Shown in pieces: positions 54,501 through 64,000 of a DNA stretch of 64,000 nucleotides. This stretch comes from Raja brachyura (Eukaryota). The notes below the pieces were generated by a model that made no database searches, was not told the DNA's origin, and was given only the letters and a program-made list of their open reading frames with translations. Within the stretch, counting starts at the first letter, position 1. Every line of letters starts with the position of its first letter. Position numbers and translations under genes: made by a program. Where the stretch lies: the NCBI GenBank assembly GCA_963514005.1, contig OY740810.1, positions 14,198,001-14,262,000 on the forward strand, given 5' to 3'.

Positions 54501-57500
54501 TTAGACTCCAAACCTACACATCAGATTATGAGGTGTATTTCCTCCAGCTTAAATGTGGTCTCCCTCTGGCTATCGATGAGGCTCGACACAGACACGTCGA
54601 TATGGGAATGGGAAGGGGAGTCAAAATGTTTTGCAACCGGGGAACCCAGCAGGCATTGGTCGACCCTGCACCTCTTCGGAAAAAAACTGTCACCTAGACG
54701 ATGCTTGGACTTGCCGATGTAAAAGGGACGACATCTAGAGCAGCAAATGCAGGATATGGGTTTAGAGAATGGTGTGGGAAATCTAAGCATGAGGGGAACT
54801 CTCTCCTTGGACAGTCTGGGTGAGGGGGATGCAAGAGCAGAACTACAGGAGACGTGGGTGAGGGATCCATCTGAGACAGCACAGGGTAATCCACAACTAC
54901 TAAAAAAAAGGACATGTCAGATGCCTAGAATGGGAAAGCATCGTGGAAACAGATGCGCTGGAGATGAATAAACTGAGTATTGGACTTCTCTGACCATTAC
55001 TTCTACCCCTGTAACCAGCTGCAGCAACATTTCAGGTGTGCTCTTCCTAACATTGCAACTACTTTGCACTAAATTATTTTTGTAAATGTGTTTTGCTTTT
55101 TTGCAGAGAGGTAATGGCTAACAGCACCAGAGTGACAGCTAATTGTTTATTCAAGAATGTGTCCACCATGGAACCCATCAACCAAGAAGAGGTTTATGAT
55201 GTATTTAGAGAGAGGACCCATAACATTACCGCACTGGGACAATATCCATTGCAAAGTGACAGCCTCTATGTAGAAGGTACTTATCAAAATAATCCTCAAT
55301 CTTTTTCTATGTATTCTACTTCACGCAATCTACCGTAGGTGTTGACGGAGTCAAGTCCTTTGGTAATTACATATTCAGATCCGGGAGGATCAGGTATGAT
55401 GTCCGATGGGCTTTGGGAAAGTGAATCTTGAAGTCATTCATGAAAGTCATCCTGACTAACAGGAGGGAGAAATAGGCGCATGTCCATCTGGGTCACCGGA
55501 GAGGGAGGTGGGGTTGGATGCGATTTGTTCGAGGATACTTAAAATGGGAAAACTCAATGTTCATCCGGTTGGTTGTAAACTGAGTATGTTTCTTTCTTTG
55601 CTTCCAGGTTACACCATGCCACCCATTGTCATTGGTGAGTTTGAGCTTCCATTGAACTGTTTTGGGTTTCTTTGGTTATTCACTGCTTTCATGACACATC
55701 CAGCACCCATATTCTGCAAGAATATTTGTTGAAACTCATGAAAAGATGCCTTGCCCTTTGCTCACAAAAACAATCTTGATTGAGAAATGAATGAATTGAA
55801 AACTTTCCTTGCTGTTCGCAAGGTTTTTTTTAACAAAAGCAATTTTTATACTGATTTCTCAGCCAAAGTTAGATACAATCCACAAATTTTCCAGGCGACA
55901 TCTAGTGCAGAATGTCACTCAAATGTATCAATCAATTGCCTCAGGTCACATTTATTCTTTTTGATCTGTTGCTAAGCTGCCACAAATTCCATTACAGGGA
56001 AACTAAACTATTGAAATATCATGGTACTTGCAGCAAGCTGAATTACTTCCTCTATTTCCACAGTTCCAGTCGAGGAATCAAATCCCACTACTTACAACGT
56101 GACATTCATTGTTGACAATCTGTCTATTGAAGAAATTCAACCAAATCCTTCAGAAACAGCAACCATGATTGCATCTGAGGTGAGAGAGTTTACAAGTTAG
56201 TTTACTGATGATGTTTTACTTCATCGTACCCTTTTGTTTCTCATTCTGACTCAATTATTATTACTGCCTTCAGCTCACCGATCTGTTCGAAAATAGCAGT
56301 ATCAATGCTACATTCTTGACATGTGTTGTGGAATCCTTCAGGTAACTCAAAATAACTTTCCTATTAAATGATAAAAAACACATCCTTTAATTTCACTTAT
56401 TAACGCTCAATAATTCCAATTTGCAAACACATTAAACGCATAAGCAAATTTCCCACAAATATCATGTAGAATTAATATAAATTCTACCAGAAAAAGGTAC
56501 AATGTACGGGAATCTCCTGGTGAGTCAGGTAGCAAATCTGTAAACCCTGGCGAGGCAAAGTTTTGTAGTAGGGGTTCCAGTCCTCGGTTTTTCGGCAACC
56601 TGCTACGTCTATAACAGCCGCCGGAAGTCACAGAAAATATCGCTTAAGTGGGACAGGCCCATAATGCTATAAGCTACTCCTTGGAATATGAAGTACTATT
56701 CCTCCAGTTTAAGTGTGGCCTCATTCTGGCAATGGATGAGGCCCAGGACCGAAAGTTTGTTATGAAAATGCAAAGGGGAATTAAATTATCTAGAGGAGAT
56801 TTGGGTAAGGGATCCATCTAAAACAGCCAAGGCTAATCTACATTTACATTAGAAAGATGACATCTTGGATGTCCAAGGATGGGAAGTCACATCGTGTGTG
56901 AAGTTGGGGCGGAGACGGACAAATTGAGTCGGATTTCTCTGACCATTGCTTAGACGCCAATACTCAGCCACGGCAACATTTCGCTGTGTTCTTGCTGGCA
57001 CTTTGCACTAAATGCTTTTACACTTATCACAAATGTCTTTTACTTTTTCGCAGAGAGGGAGTGGTTAACAGCTCCAGAGTGACAGCTAAATGTTCATTCC
57101 AAAACATGTCAACAATGGAACCCATCAACCGAGAAGATGTTCATGATGTATTTAGCGAGAAGACCGATGACGTTTCATCACTGGGGCCATACGTACTGCA
57201 AAGCTACAGCCTCTATGTAGATGGTACTTATCAAAATATTCCATGGTGTTTCTCTTCATATTGTATTTGTGCAATCTACAGTAACTATTGATTAATAGTC
57301 ACGTTCTTTGGTATTTACATATTTAGATCAGGGACAACCAGGTATGATATCCTGTAGGATCTGAGAAAGCAAACCTTAAAATCATTCACAGTCTTGCCCT
57401 TCGGAGCATGCCTTTGCATAAACACACTGCCTCACTGGTATGACCCACTCACAAAAGGGTTTTCTTCCTAATAAATTTTCAAAGAGAGGCAAAACAAATA

Positions 57501-60500
57501 CCACATTAAAAAGTTACTTGCTTTTATTGAAAAAACAGAGTGCTAGAGTAACTCAGTGGGTCAGGCAGCATCACTGGAGAATGTGAATGGGTGACGTTTC
57601 AGCTCGAGATCCTTCTTCTGACTGATTGTGGGAGGAGGGGAAAGCAGGAAGAGAAGGGAGGCAGTACAAAGCAAGTCATTAATAGGTGAACACAGGTGAA
57701 GTAGAGTTTAGATACGCAGAAGGTTGGACAAATGATAGACGAAAAAACAAAAAGTGTGAGGAAAAGGATTGAGGAGTTGCAAATTTAAAGCCAGAAATAG
57801 GAATGTAGGTGGTGGGCAAGGGGGAGGAGTTTAATAGGTGTGTGCCCAGGTGTGGTTGTGGTTGGTGGGTTTTTGAACATTTAAAGTTCTACCTATATTT
57901 CTCTGTTTGTTTTCAGATTTCAATGTAAAGCCGAATGTCAATGGTGAGTTTGAATCAAATGCATGAAACAATGGGTTCACGTTGCATTTGTTCTTCTCCA
58001 TCTGTTGCTTAAATTCTGTAGAAATCCAGTACTTTGTAACAGTTTTTAAACTATTTGAAAAGCATGGTACTCACAACATGCTAAATTGCTTAATCTATTT
58101 CCACAGTTCCAGTTCCAATCGAGGTAACAAATGAATACAACGTGACTTTCATTGTTGACAATCTGTCTATTGAAGAAATTCAAGCAAACCCTTCAGAAAC
58201 AGCAACCATGATTGCAAATGAGGTGAGAGAGTTTACCAATTAGTTTACTGATGATGTTTTACTTCATCGTAGTCTTTCATTTCTCATTCTGACTGAATTA
58301 TTATTACTGCCTTCAGCTCACCGACCTGTTTGAAAATAGCAGTATCAATGCTACATTCTTGACATGTGTTGTGGAATCCTTCAGGTAACTCAAAATAACT
58401 TGCATATTAAATGATAAAAACTGCATCCTTTAATTCCCACTTGTTAACGCTCAATAATTCCAATTTGCAAACACATTAAACTCATAAGCAAATTTCCCAC
58501 AAATATCACGTTGAATTAACATAAATTCTACCAGAAAAAGGTACAATGTACTGGAGTCTCCTGGTGAGTCAGGCAGCAAATCTGTAAACCCTGGTGAGGC
58601 AAAGTTTTATAGTAGGGATTCCAGTCGTCTTTTTTTCGGCGACCTGCTACGACTATAACAGTGGCCGGCAGTCGTCCAAAATATCGCTTAAGTGGGACAG
58701 GCCCATAATGCTCTAAGATACTCCTCGGAATATGAGGTGCTGTTCCTCCAGTTTAAGTGTGGCCTCTCTCTGGCAATGGATGAGGCCCAGGACAGACAGT
58801 TTGTTATGAAAATGGAAAGGGGAGTTAAACTGTTTTTGAACTGGGATTTCCAGCTGACCTTGGCCAACTATCCACGTGTTCACCGAAAAAGTCACCTTGA
58901 CACTGTTTGGTCTTGCTAACGTATAGGTCACCACATAAGGTGCATCAACTACAGTAGGTGGTGTTAGCGACAGGTGGGGTATAAACTAAGGATGGGGGAA
59001 ACTATCCTTGCTCCGTCTGGGTGAGGGTGATGTGAGAGCAGATCTAGAGGAGATTTGGGTAAGGGATCCATCTAAAATGTCCAAGGTTAATCTACATTTA
59101 CATTCGAAAGAGATCATCTTGGAAGTTGGGGCGGAGACGGACAAATTGAGTCGGATTTCTCTGACCATTGCTTTGACACCAGAACTCAGCCACGGCAACA
59201 TTTCAACTGTGCTCTTGCTGGCACTTCAAACAACTTTGCACTAAATTCTTTTACACTTATCACAAATGTCTTTTACTTTTTCGCAGAGAGGAAGTGGTTA
59301 ACAGCACCAGAGTGACAGCTAAATGTTCATTCCAAAACATGTCAACAATGGAACCCATCAACCGAGAAGATGTTCATGATGTATTTAGCGAGAAGACCGA
59401 TGACGTTTCATCACTGGGGCCATACGTACTGCAAAGCTACAGCCTCTATGTAGACGGTACTTATCAAAATATTCCATGGTGTTTCTCTTGATAATGTATT
59501 TGCAATCTACGGTAACTATTGATTAATAGTCACGTTCTTTGGTATTTACATATTTAGATCAGGGACAACCAGGTATGATATCCTGTAGGATCTGAGAAAG
59601 CAAACCTTAAAATCATTCACAGTCTTGCCCTTCCGAGCATGCCTTTGCACAAACACACTGCCTCACTGGTATGACCCACTCACATAAAGGGTTTTCTTCC
59701 TAATAAATTTTCAAAGAGAGGCAAAACAAATACCACTTTAAAAATTTAATTGCTTTTATTGAAAAAACAGAGTGCTAGAGTAACTCAGAGGGTCAGGCAG
59801 CATCACTGGAGAATGTGAATGGGTGACGTTGCAGCTCGAGATCCTTCTTCTGACTGGTTGTGGGAGGAGGAGAAAGCTGGAAGAGAAGGGAGGCAGTACA
59901 AAGCATGTCATTAATAGGTGAACACAGGTGAAGTAGAGTTTAGATACGCAGAAGGTTGGACAAATGATAGACGAAAAAACAAAAAGTGTGAGGAAAAGGA
60001 TTGAGGGGTTGCAAATTTAAAGCCAGAAATAGGAATGTAGGTGGTGGGCAAGGGGGAGGAGTTTAATAGGTGTGTGCCCAGGTGTGGTTGTGGTTGGTGG
60101 GTTTTTGAACATTTAAAGTTCTACCTATATTTCTCTGTTTGTTTTCAGATTTCAATGTACAGCCCAATGTCAATGGTGAGTTTGAATCAAATGCATGAAA
60201 CAATGGGTTCACGTTGCATTTGTTCTTCTCCATCTGTTGCTTAAATTCTGCAGAAATCCAGTACTTTGTAACAGTTTTTAAACTATTTGAAAAGCATGGT
60301 ACTCACAACATGCTAAATTGTATAATCTATTTCCACAGTTCCAGTTCCAATCGAGGTAACAAATGAATACAACGTGACTTTCATTGTTGACAATCTGTCT
60401 ATTGATGAAATTCAAGCAAACCCTTCAGAAACAGCAACCATGATTGCAAATGAGGTGAGAGAGTTTACCAATTAGTTTACTGATGATGTTTTACTTCATC

Positions 60501-63500
60501 GTAGTCTTTCATTTCTCATTCTGACTGAATTATTATTACTGCCTTCAGCTCACCGACCTGTTTGAAAATAGCAGTATCAATGCTACATTCTTGACATGTG
60601 TTGTGGAATCCTTCAGGTAACTCAAAATAACTTGCATATTAAATGATAAAAACGGCATCATTTAATTCCCACTTGTTAACGCTCAATAATTCCAATTTGC
60701 AAACACATTAAACTCATAAGCAAATTTCCCACAAATATCACGTTGAATTAACATAAATTCTACCAGAAAAAGGTACAATGTACTGGAGTCTCCTGGTGAG
60801 TCAGGCAGCAAATCTGTAAACACAGGTGAGGCAAAGTCTTATAGTAGGGATTCCAGTCGTCTGTTTTTCGGCGACCTGCTACGACTATAACAGTGGCCGG
60901 CAGTCGTCCAAAATATCGCTTAAGTGGGACAGGCCCATAATGCCCTAAGCTACTCCTCGGAATATGAGGTGCTGTTCCTCCAGTTTAAGTGTGGCCTCTC
61001 TCTAGCAATGGATGAGGCCCAGGACAAACAGTTTGTTATGAAAATGGAAAGGGGAGTTAAATTGTTTTTGAACTGGGATTTCCAGCTGACCTTGGCCAAC
61101 TATCCACGTGTTCACCGAAAAAGTCACCTTGACACTGTTTGGTCTTCCTAACGTATAGGTCACCACATAAGGTGCATCAACTGCAGTAGGTGGTGTTAGC
61201 GACAGGTGGGGTATAAACTAAGGATGGGGGAAACTATCCTTGCTCCGTCTGGGTGAGGGTGATGTGAGAGCAGATGTAGAGGAGATTTGGGTAAGGGATC
61301 CATCTAAAATGTCCAAGGTTAATCTACATTTACATTCGAAAGAGATCATCTTGGAAGTTGGGGCGTAGACGGACAAATTGAGTCGGATTTCTCTGACCAT
61401 TGCTTTGACACCAGTATTTTGCCACGGCATCATTTCAGCTGTGTTCTTGCTGGCACTTCAAACAACTTTGCACTGAATTCTTTTACACTTATCACAAATG
61501 TCTTTTACGTTTTCGCAGAGAGGAAGTGGTTAACAGCTCCAGAGTGACAGCTAAATGTTCATTCCAAAACATGTCAACAATGGAACCCATCAACCGAGAA
61601 GATGTTCATGATGTATTTAGCGAGAAGACTGATGACATTTCATCACTGGGGCCATACGTATTGCAAAGCTACAGCCTCTATGTAGACGGTACTTATCAAA
61701 ATATTCCATGGTGTTTCTCTTCATATTGTATTTGTGCAATCTACAGTAACTATGGATTTATAGTCACATTCTTTGGTATTTACATATTTAGATGTGGGAC
61801 AACCAGTGCTATGATATCCTATAGGATCTGAGAAAGCAAACCTTAAAATCATTCACAGTCTTGCCCTTCGGAGCCTGCCTTTGCACAAATATACTGCCTC
61901 ACTGGTATGACCCACTAACAAAAGGGTTTTCTTCCTGATGAATTTTCAAAGAGAGGCAAAACAAATACCCCATTAAAAAGTTACACGCTTTTATAGAAGA
62001 AACAGAGTGCTAGAGTAACTCAGTGGGTCAGGCAGCATCACTGGAGAATGTGAATGGGTGACGTTTCAGCTCGAGATCCTTCTTCTGACTGGTTGTGGGA
62101 GGAGGAGAAAGCTGGAAGAGAAGGGAGGCAGTACAAAGCATGTCATTAATAGGTGAACACAGGTGAAGTAGTGTTTAGATACGCAGAAGGTTGGACAAAT
62201 GGTAGACGAAAAAACAAAAAGTGTGAGGAAAAGGATTGAACAGTTACAAATTTGAAGCCAGAAATAGGAATGTAGATGGAGGGCAAGGGAGAGGAGTTTA
62301 ATAGGTATGTGGCCAGGTGTGGTTGTGGTTAGTGGGTTTTTAAAGGTTGCCTAAAGTTGAACATTTAAAGTTCCACCTATATTTCTCTGTTTGTTTTCAG
62401 ATTTCAATGTACAGCCCAATGTCAATGGTGAGTTTGAATCAAATGCATGAAACAATGGGCTCACGTTGCATTTGTTCTTCTCCATCTTTTGCTTAAATTC
62501 TGCAGAAATCCAGTACTCGGAAACAGTTTTTAAACTATTTGAAAATCGTGGTACTCACAACATGCTAAATTGCTTAATCTATTTCCACAGTTCCAGTTCC
62601 AATCGAGGTAACAAATCAATACAACGTGACTTTCATTGTTGACAATCTGTCTATTGAAGAAATTCAAGCAAACCCTTCAGAAACAGCAACCATAATTGCA
62701 AATGAGGTGAGAGAGTTTACCAATTAGTTTACTGATGATGTTATCCTTCATGGTACCCTTTTATTTCGCATTCTGACTCAATTATTATTATTGCCTTCAG
62801 CTCACCGACCTGTTCGAAAATAGCAGTATCAATGCTACATTCTTGACATGTGTTGTGAAATCCTTCAGGTAACTCAAAATAAATTTCATATTAAATGATA
62901 AAAACCGCATCCTTTAATTTCCACTTGTTAACGCTCAATAATTCCAATTTGCAAACACATTAAACTCATAAGCAAATTTCCCACAAATATCACGTATAAT
63001 TAATATAAATTCTACCAGAAAAAGGTACAATGTACGGGAGTCTCCTGGTGAGTCAGGCAGCAAATCTGTAAACCCTGCCAAGGCAAAGTTTTAGAGTAGG
63101 GATTCCAGTCGTCTCTTTTTCGGCGACCTGCTACGACTATGACAGTGGCCGGCAGTCGTCGAAAATATCCCTTAAGTGGGACAGGCCCATAATGCTCTAA
63201 GCTACTCCTCGGAATATGAGGTGCTGTTCCTCCAGTTTAACCGTGGCCTCTCTCTGGCAATGGATGAGGCCCAGGACAGACAGTTTGTTATGAAAATGGA
63301 AAGGGGAGTTAAATTGTTTTTGAAGCGGGATTTCCAGCAGACCTTGGCCAACTATCCACGTGTTCACCGAAAAAGTCACTATGACACTATTTGGTCTTGC
63401 TAACGTATAGGACACCACATATGGTGCATCAAATGCAGTAGGTGGTGTTAACGACAGGTGGGGTGTAAACTAAGTTTGGGGGAAACTATCCTTGCTCCGT

Positions 63501-63940
63501 CTGGGTGAGGGTGATGTGAGAGCAGATCTAGAGGAGATTTGGGTAAGGGATCCATCTAAAATGCCCAAGGTTAATCTACATTTACATTCGAAAGAGGACA
63601 TCTTGGAAGTTGGGGCTGAGACAGACAAATTGAGTCGGATTTCTCTGACCATTGCTTTGACACCAGAACTCAGCCACGGCAACATTTCAACTGTGCTCTT
63701 GCTGGCACTTCAAACAACTTTGCACTAAATTCTTTTACACTTATCACAAATGTCTTTTACTTTTTCGCAGAGAGGAAGTGGTTAACAGCACCAGAGTGAC
63801 AGCTAAATGTTCATTCCAAAACATGTCAACAATGGAACCCATCAACCGAGAAGATGTTCATGATGTATTTAGCGAGAAGACCAATGACGTTTCATCACTG
63901 GGGCCATACGTACTGCAAAGCTACAGCCTCTATGTAGACG
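5296..63940 (+). CDS. MUC16: Mucin-16 (CA125)-like giant mucin: PTS exon plus at least 23 tandem SEA domains; partial (5' exons uncertain, 3' end beyond window)
   Basis: Spliced consensus repeat VPVPIEVTNPNKYNVTFIVDNLSIEEIQANPSETATMIANE|LTDLFENSSINATFLTCVVESFR|EEVVNSTRVTAKCSFQNMSTMEPINREDVYDVFSEKTDDISSLGPYVLQSYSLYVD resembles MUC16 SEA repeats (FTLNFTITNL..LF.NSS....GC.....R......T.VD..C...LY.ELS..TH.IT.LGPY.LDRDSLYVNG). Exons have GT-AG boundaries with compatible phases. The symbol reflects similarity, not proven orthology. Confidence 0.8.
5681..5935 (+). repeat. Coding minisatellite (STPHIPYIITIPYKIPT..., 3 copies, periods 105 and 90 nt)
   Basis: ctccacaccacatataccct recurs at about 5681, 5786 and 5876. 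Confidence 0.85.
6875..7021. other. Assembly gap (147 N) in the intron after the PTS exon
   Basis: Run of N. Confidence 0.99.
7940..8118 (-). mobile_element. CR1 LINE 3' end with agacaat-type tail
   Basis: agacaatagacactaggtgcaggagtaggccattcagcccttcgagccagcacc...ccccatatcccc. Confidence 0.7.
8980..9420 (+). mobile_element. Decayed Penelope-like element fragment
   Basis: Traces of the PLE linker region (SPPSQSKGKVSP; ...TTFPCNCRSCKT), homologous to the reverse complement of the array intron fragments. Confidence 0.5.
10021..10071 (+). CDS. 51-nt spacer exon EPPIVPEQNKPNNQENS (phase 1-1)
   Basis: Acceptor ttttctttgcag|AG, donor TCAG|gtaact; open and frame-compatible between the PTS exon and SEA exon A1. 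Confidence 0.75.
10909..13381 (+). CDS. SEA module 1 (divergent)
   Basis: Exons A 10909-11030, B 11123-11190, C 12443-12612, L 13355-13381. Confidence 0.85.
11270..11708. mobile_element. CpG-rich DNA-transposon (Harbinger-like) fragment in the module 1 B-C intron
   Basis: Unique to module 1, replaces part of the intron consensus, and ends ...gccgccatgggacc, similar to the gtgggacaggccc terminus. Confidence 0.5.
12037..12374. mobile_element. PIF/Harbinger-type MITE, 338 bp, TAA target-site duplication
   Basis: TAA|AGGGTCTGTCCCACTTTCCCGAGTTATTCACAAA...TTTGTGAATAACTCAGGAAAGTGGGACAGGCCCT|TAA; other units show the empty site (ctctttctaacattgc). Confidence 0.88.
13545..15875 (+). CDS. SEA module 2 (divergent)
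   Basis: A 13545-13666, B 13757-13824, C 14984-15153, L 15849-15875. Confidence 0.85.
16045..18129 (+). CDS. SEA module 3 (Y-type exon C: THNITALGQYP)
   Basis: A 16045-16160 (shifted acceptor), B 16253-16320, C 17604-17773, L2 18103-18129 (GYTVPPIVI). Confidence 0.8.
17017..17191. mobile_element. Inverted pair of SINE-like elements forming a 175-bp palindrome
   Basis: gtagacacaaaatgctggagtaac...acccttc|gaagggt...gttactccagcactttgtgtctac. Confidence 0.8.
18564..20706 (+). CDS. SEA module 4 (X-type)
   Basis: A 18564-18679, B 18774-18841, C 19778-19947, L 20680-20706. Confidence 0.85.
19067..19163. mobile_element. Half Harbinger MITE (single terminal repeat aagtgggacaggccc followed by TAA)
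   Basis: Shares its terminal motif with the 12037-12374 MITE; recurs in modules 9, 10, 13, 16, 17 and 20-23. Confidence 0.6.
20870..23611 (+). CDS. SEA module 5 (Y-type)
   Basis: A 20870-20991, B 21084-21151, C 22419-22588, L 23585-23611. Confidence 0.85.
22005..22320 (-). mobile_element. Penelope-like GIY-YIG endonuclease fragment (homologous remnants in the other B-C introns)
   Basis: ORF 21978-22298: ICCSRCGLLYIGKYKHHLG...VAKHFDSPSHSH..VSV..L...KLEE..LI, typical of the PLE GIY-YIG C-terminus. Confidence 0.8.
23775..26516 (+). CDS. SEA module 6 (Y-type, near-identical to 5)
   Basis: A 23775-23896, B 23989-24056, C 25324-25493, L 26490-26516. Confidence 0.85.
26680..29422 (+). CDS. SEA module 7 (Y-type)
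   Basis: A 26680-26801, B 26894-26961, C 28229-28398, L 29396-29422. Confidence 0.85.
29586..31594 (+). CDS. SEA module 8 (Y-type)
   Basis: A 29586-29713 (128 nt), B 29806-29873, C 31077-31243 (167 nt), L2 31568-31594. Confidence 0.85.
32023..34054 (+). CDS. SEA module 9 (X-type)
   Basis: A 32023-32138, B 32233-32300, C 33245-33414, L 34028-34054. Confidence 0.85.
34218..36324 (+). CDS. SEA module 10 (X-type)
   Basis: A 34218-34339, B 34434-34501, C 35415-35584, L 36298-36324. Confidence 0.85.
36488..38200 (+). CDS. SEA module 11 (X-type, short B-C intron)
   Basis: A 36488-36609, B 36704-36771, C 37283-37452, L 38174-38200. Confidence 0.85.
38364..40422 (+). CDS. SEA module 12 (Y-type)
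   Basis: A 38364-38485, B 38578-38645, C 39895-40064, L2 40396-40422. Confidence 0.85.
39312..39720 (-). mobile_element. Penelope-like GIY-YIG fragment (also at 45723-46130 and 54521-54930)
   Basis: ERVPLMLRF..ICCSRCRPFYIGKSKHRLGD..PVAKHFDSPSHSHIDVSV..KLEEIHLII. Confidence 0.8.
40852..42738 (+). CDS. SEA module 13 (X-type)
   Basis: A 40852-40967, B 41062-41129, C 41831-42000, L 42712-42738. Confidence 0.85.
42902..44614 (+). CDS. SEA module 14 (X-type, short B-C intron)
   Basis: A 42902-43023, B 43118-43185, C 43697-43866, L 44588-44614. Confidence 0.85.
44778..46836 (+). CDS. SEA module 15 (Y-type)
   Basis: A 44778-44899, B 44992-45059, C 46309-46478, L2 46810-46836. Confidence 0.85.
47266..49288 (+). 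CDS. SEA module 16 (X-type)
   Basis: A 47266-47381, B 47476-47543, C 48488-48657, L 49262-49288. Confidence 0.85.
49452..51549 (+). CDS. SEA module 17 (X-type)
   Basis: A 49452-49573, B 49668-49735, C 50640-50809, L 51523-51549. Confidence 0.85.
51713..53391 (+). CDS. SEA module 18 (X-type, short B-C intron)
   Basis: A 51713-51834, B 51929-51996, C 52499-52668, L 53365-53391. Confidence 0.85.
53555..55634 (+). CDS. SEA module 19 (Y-type)
   Basis: A 53555-53676, B 53767-53834, C 55107-55276, L2 55608-55634. Confidence 0.85.
56064..57943 (+). CDS. SEA module 20 (X-type)
   Basis: A 56064-56179, B 56274-56341, C 57054-57223, L 57917-57943. Confidence 0.85.
58107..60175 (+). CDS. SEA module 21 (X-type)
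   Basis: A 58107-58222, B 58317-58384, C 59287-59456, L 60149-60175. Confidence 0.85.
60339..62427 (+). CDS. SEA module 22 (X-type)
   Basis: A 60339-60454, B 60549-60616, C 61519-61688, L 62401-62427. Confidence 0.85.
62591..63940 (+). CDS. SEA module 23 (X-type; array continues beyond window)
   Basis: A 62591-62706, B 62801-62868, C 63771-63940. Confidence 0.85.
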
Positions 63941-64000
63941 GTACTTATCAAAATATTCCATGGTGTTTCTCTTGATAATGTATTTGCAATCTACGGTAAT

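Larger units (their letters stand above)
10700..64000. repeat. Tandem array of about 1.9-3 kb exon-plus-intron units (23 copies)
   Basis: The same exon and intron blocks recur throughout, as do the same ORF-track translations. Confidence 0.95.

Noticed and set aside
19659-63975. Repeated 65-120 aa ORFs containing MEPINRE as a tandem family of small genes
   Set aside because: They are exon C with intronic read-through and splice into one reading frame
10700-64000. CRISPR-like or antigen-receptor-like rearranging array
   Set aside because: Units are kb-scale exon/intron duplications with no unique spacers, and I found no convincing heptamer-spacer-nonamer signals; the cacag motifs are splice acceptors

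Overview
Eukaryotic (vertebrate) genomic DNA. The CR1, Penelope-like and PIF/Harbinger repeat content suggests a cartilaginous fish such as a skate or ray (inference). The window is dominated by one large + strand multi-exon gene that runs off the 3' edge: a MUC16/CA125-like mucin. It has a 1227-nt Pro/Thr/Ser-rich exon (5296-6522), a 51-nt spacer exon (10021-10071), and then at least 23 tandem SEA-domain modules (10909-63940). Each module is built from four exons: A about 116-128 nt (phase 1-0), B 68 nt (0-2), C 170 nt (2-1) and a 27-nt linker L (1-1). All exon lengths keep the frame, giving about 3367 codons in the window. The genomic units are 1.9-3 kb long and carry old Penelope/SINE/MITE fragments in their introns. 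These record nested duplications with periods of 2.9, 6.4 and 15.2 kb, a visible breakpoint and chimeric units. The first 10 kb is mostly decayed transposon fragments plus a 147-N gap. Most ORFs in the supplied track are exon read-throughs or transposon debris.
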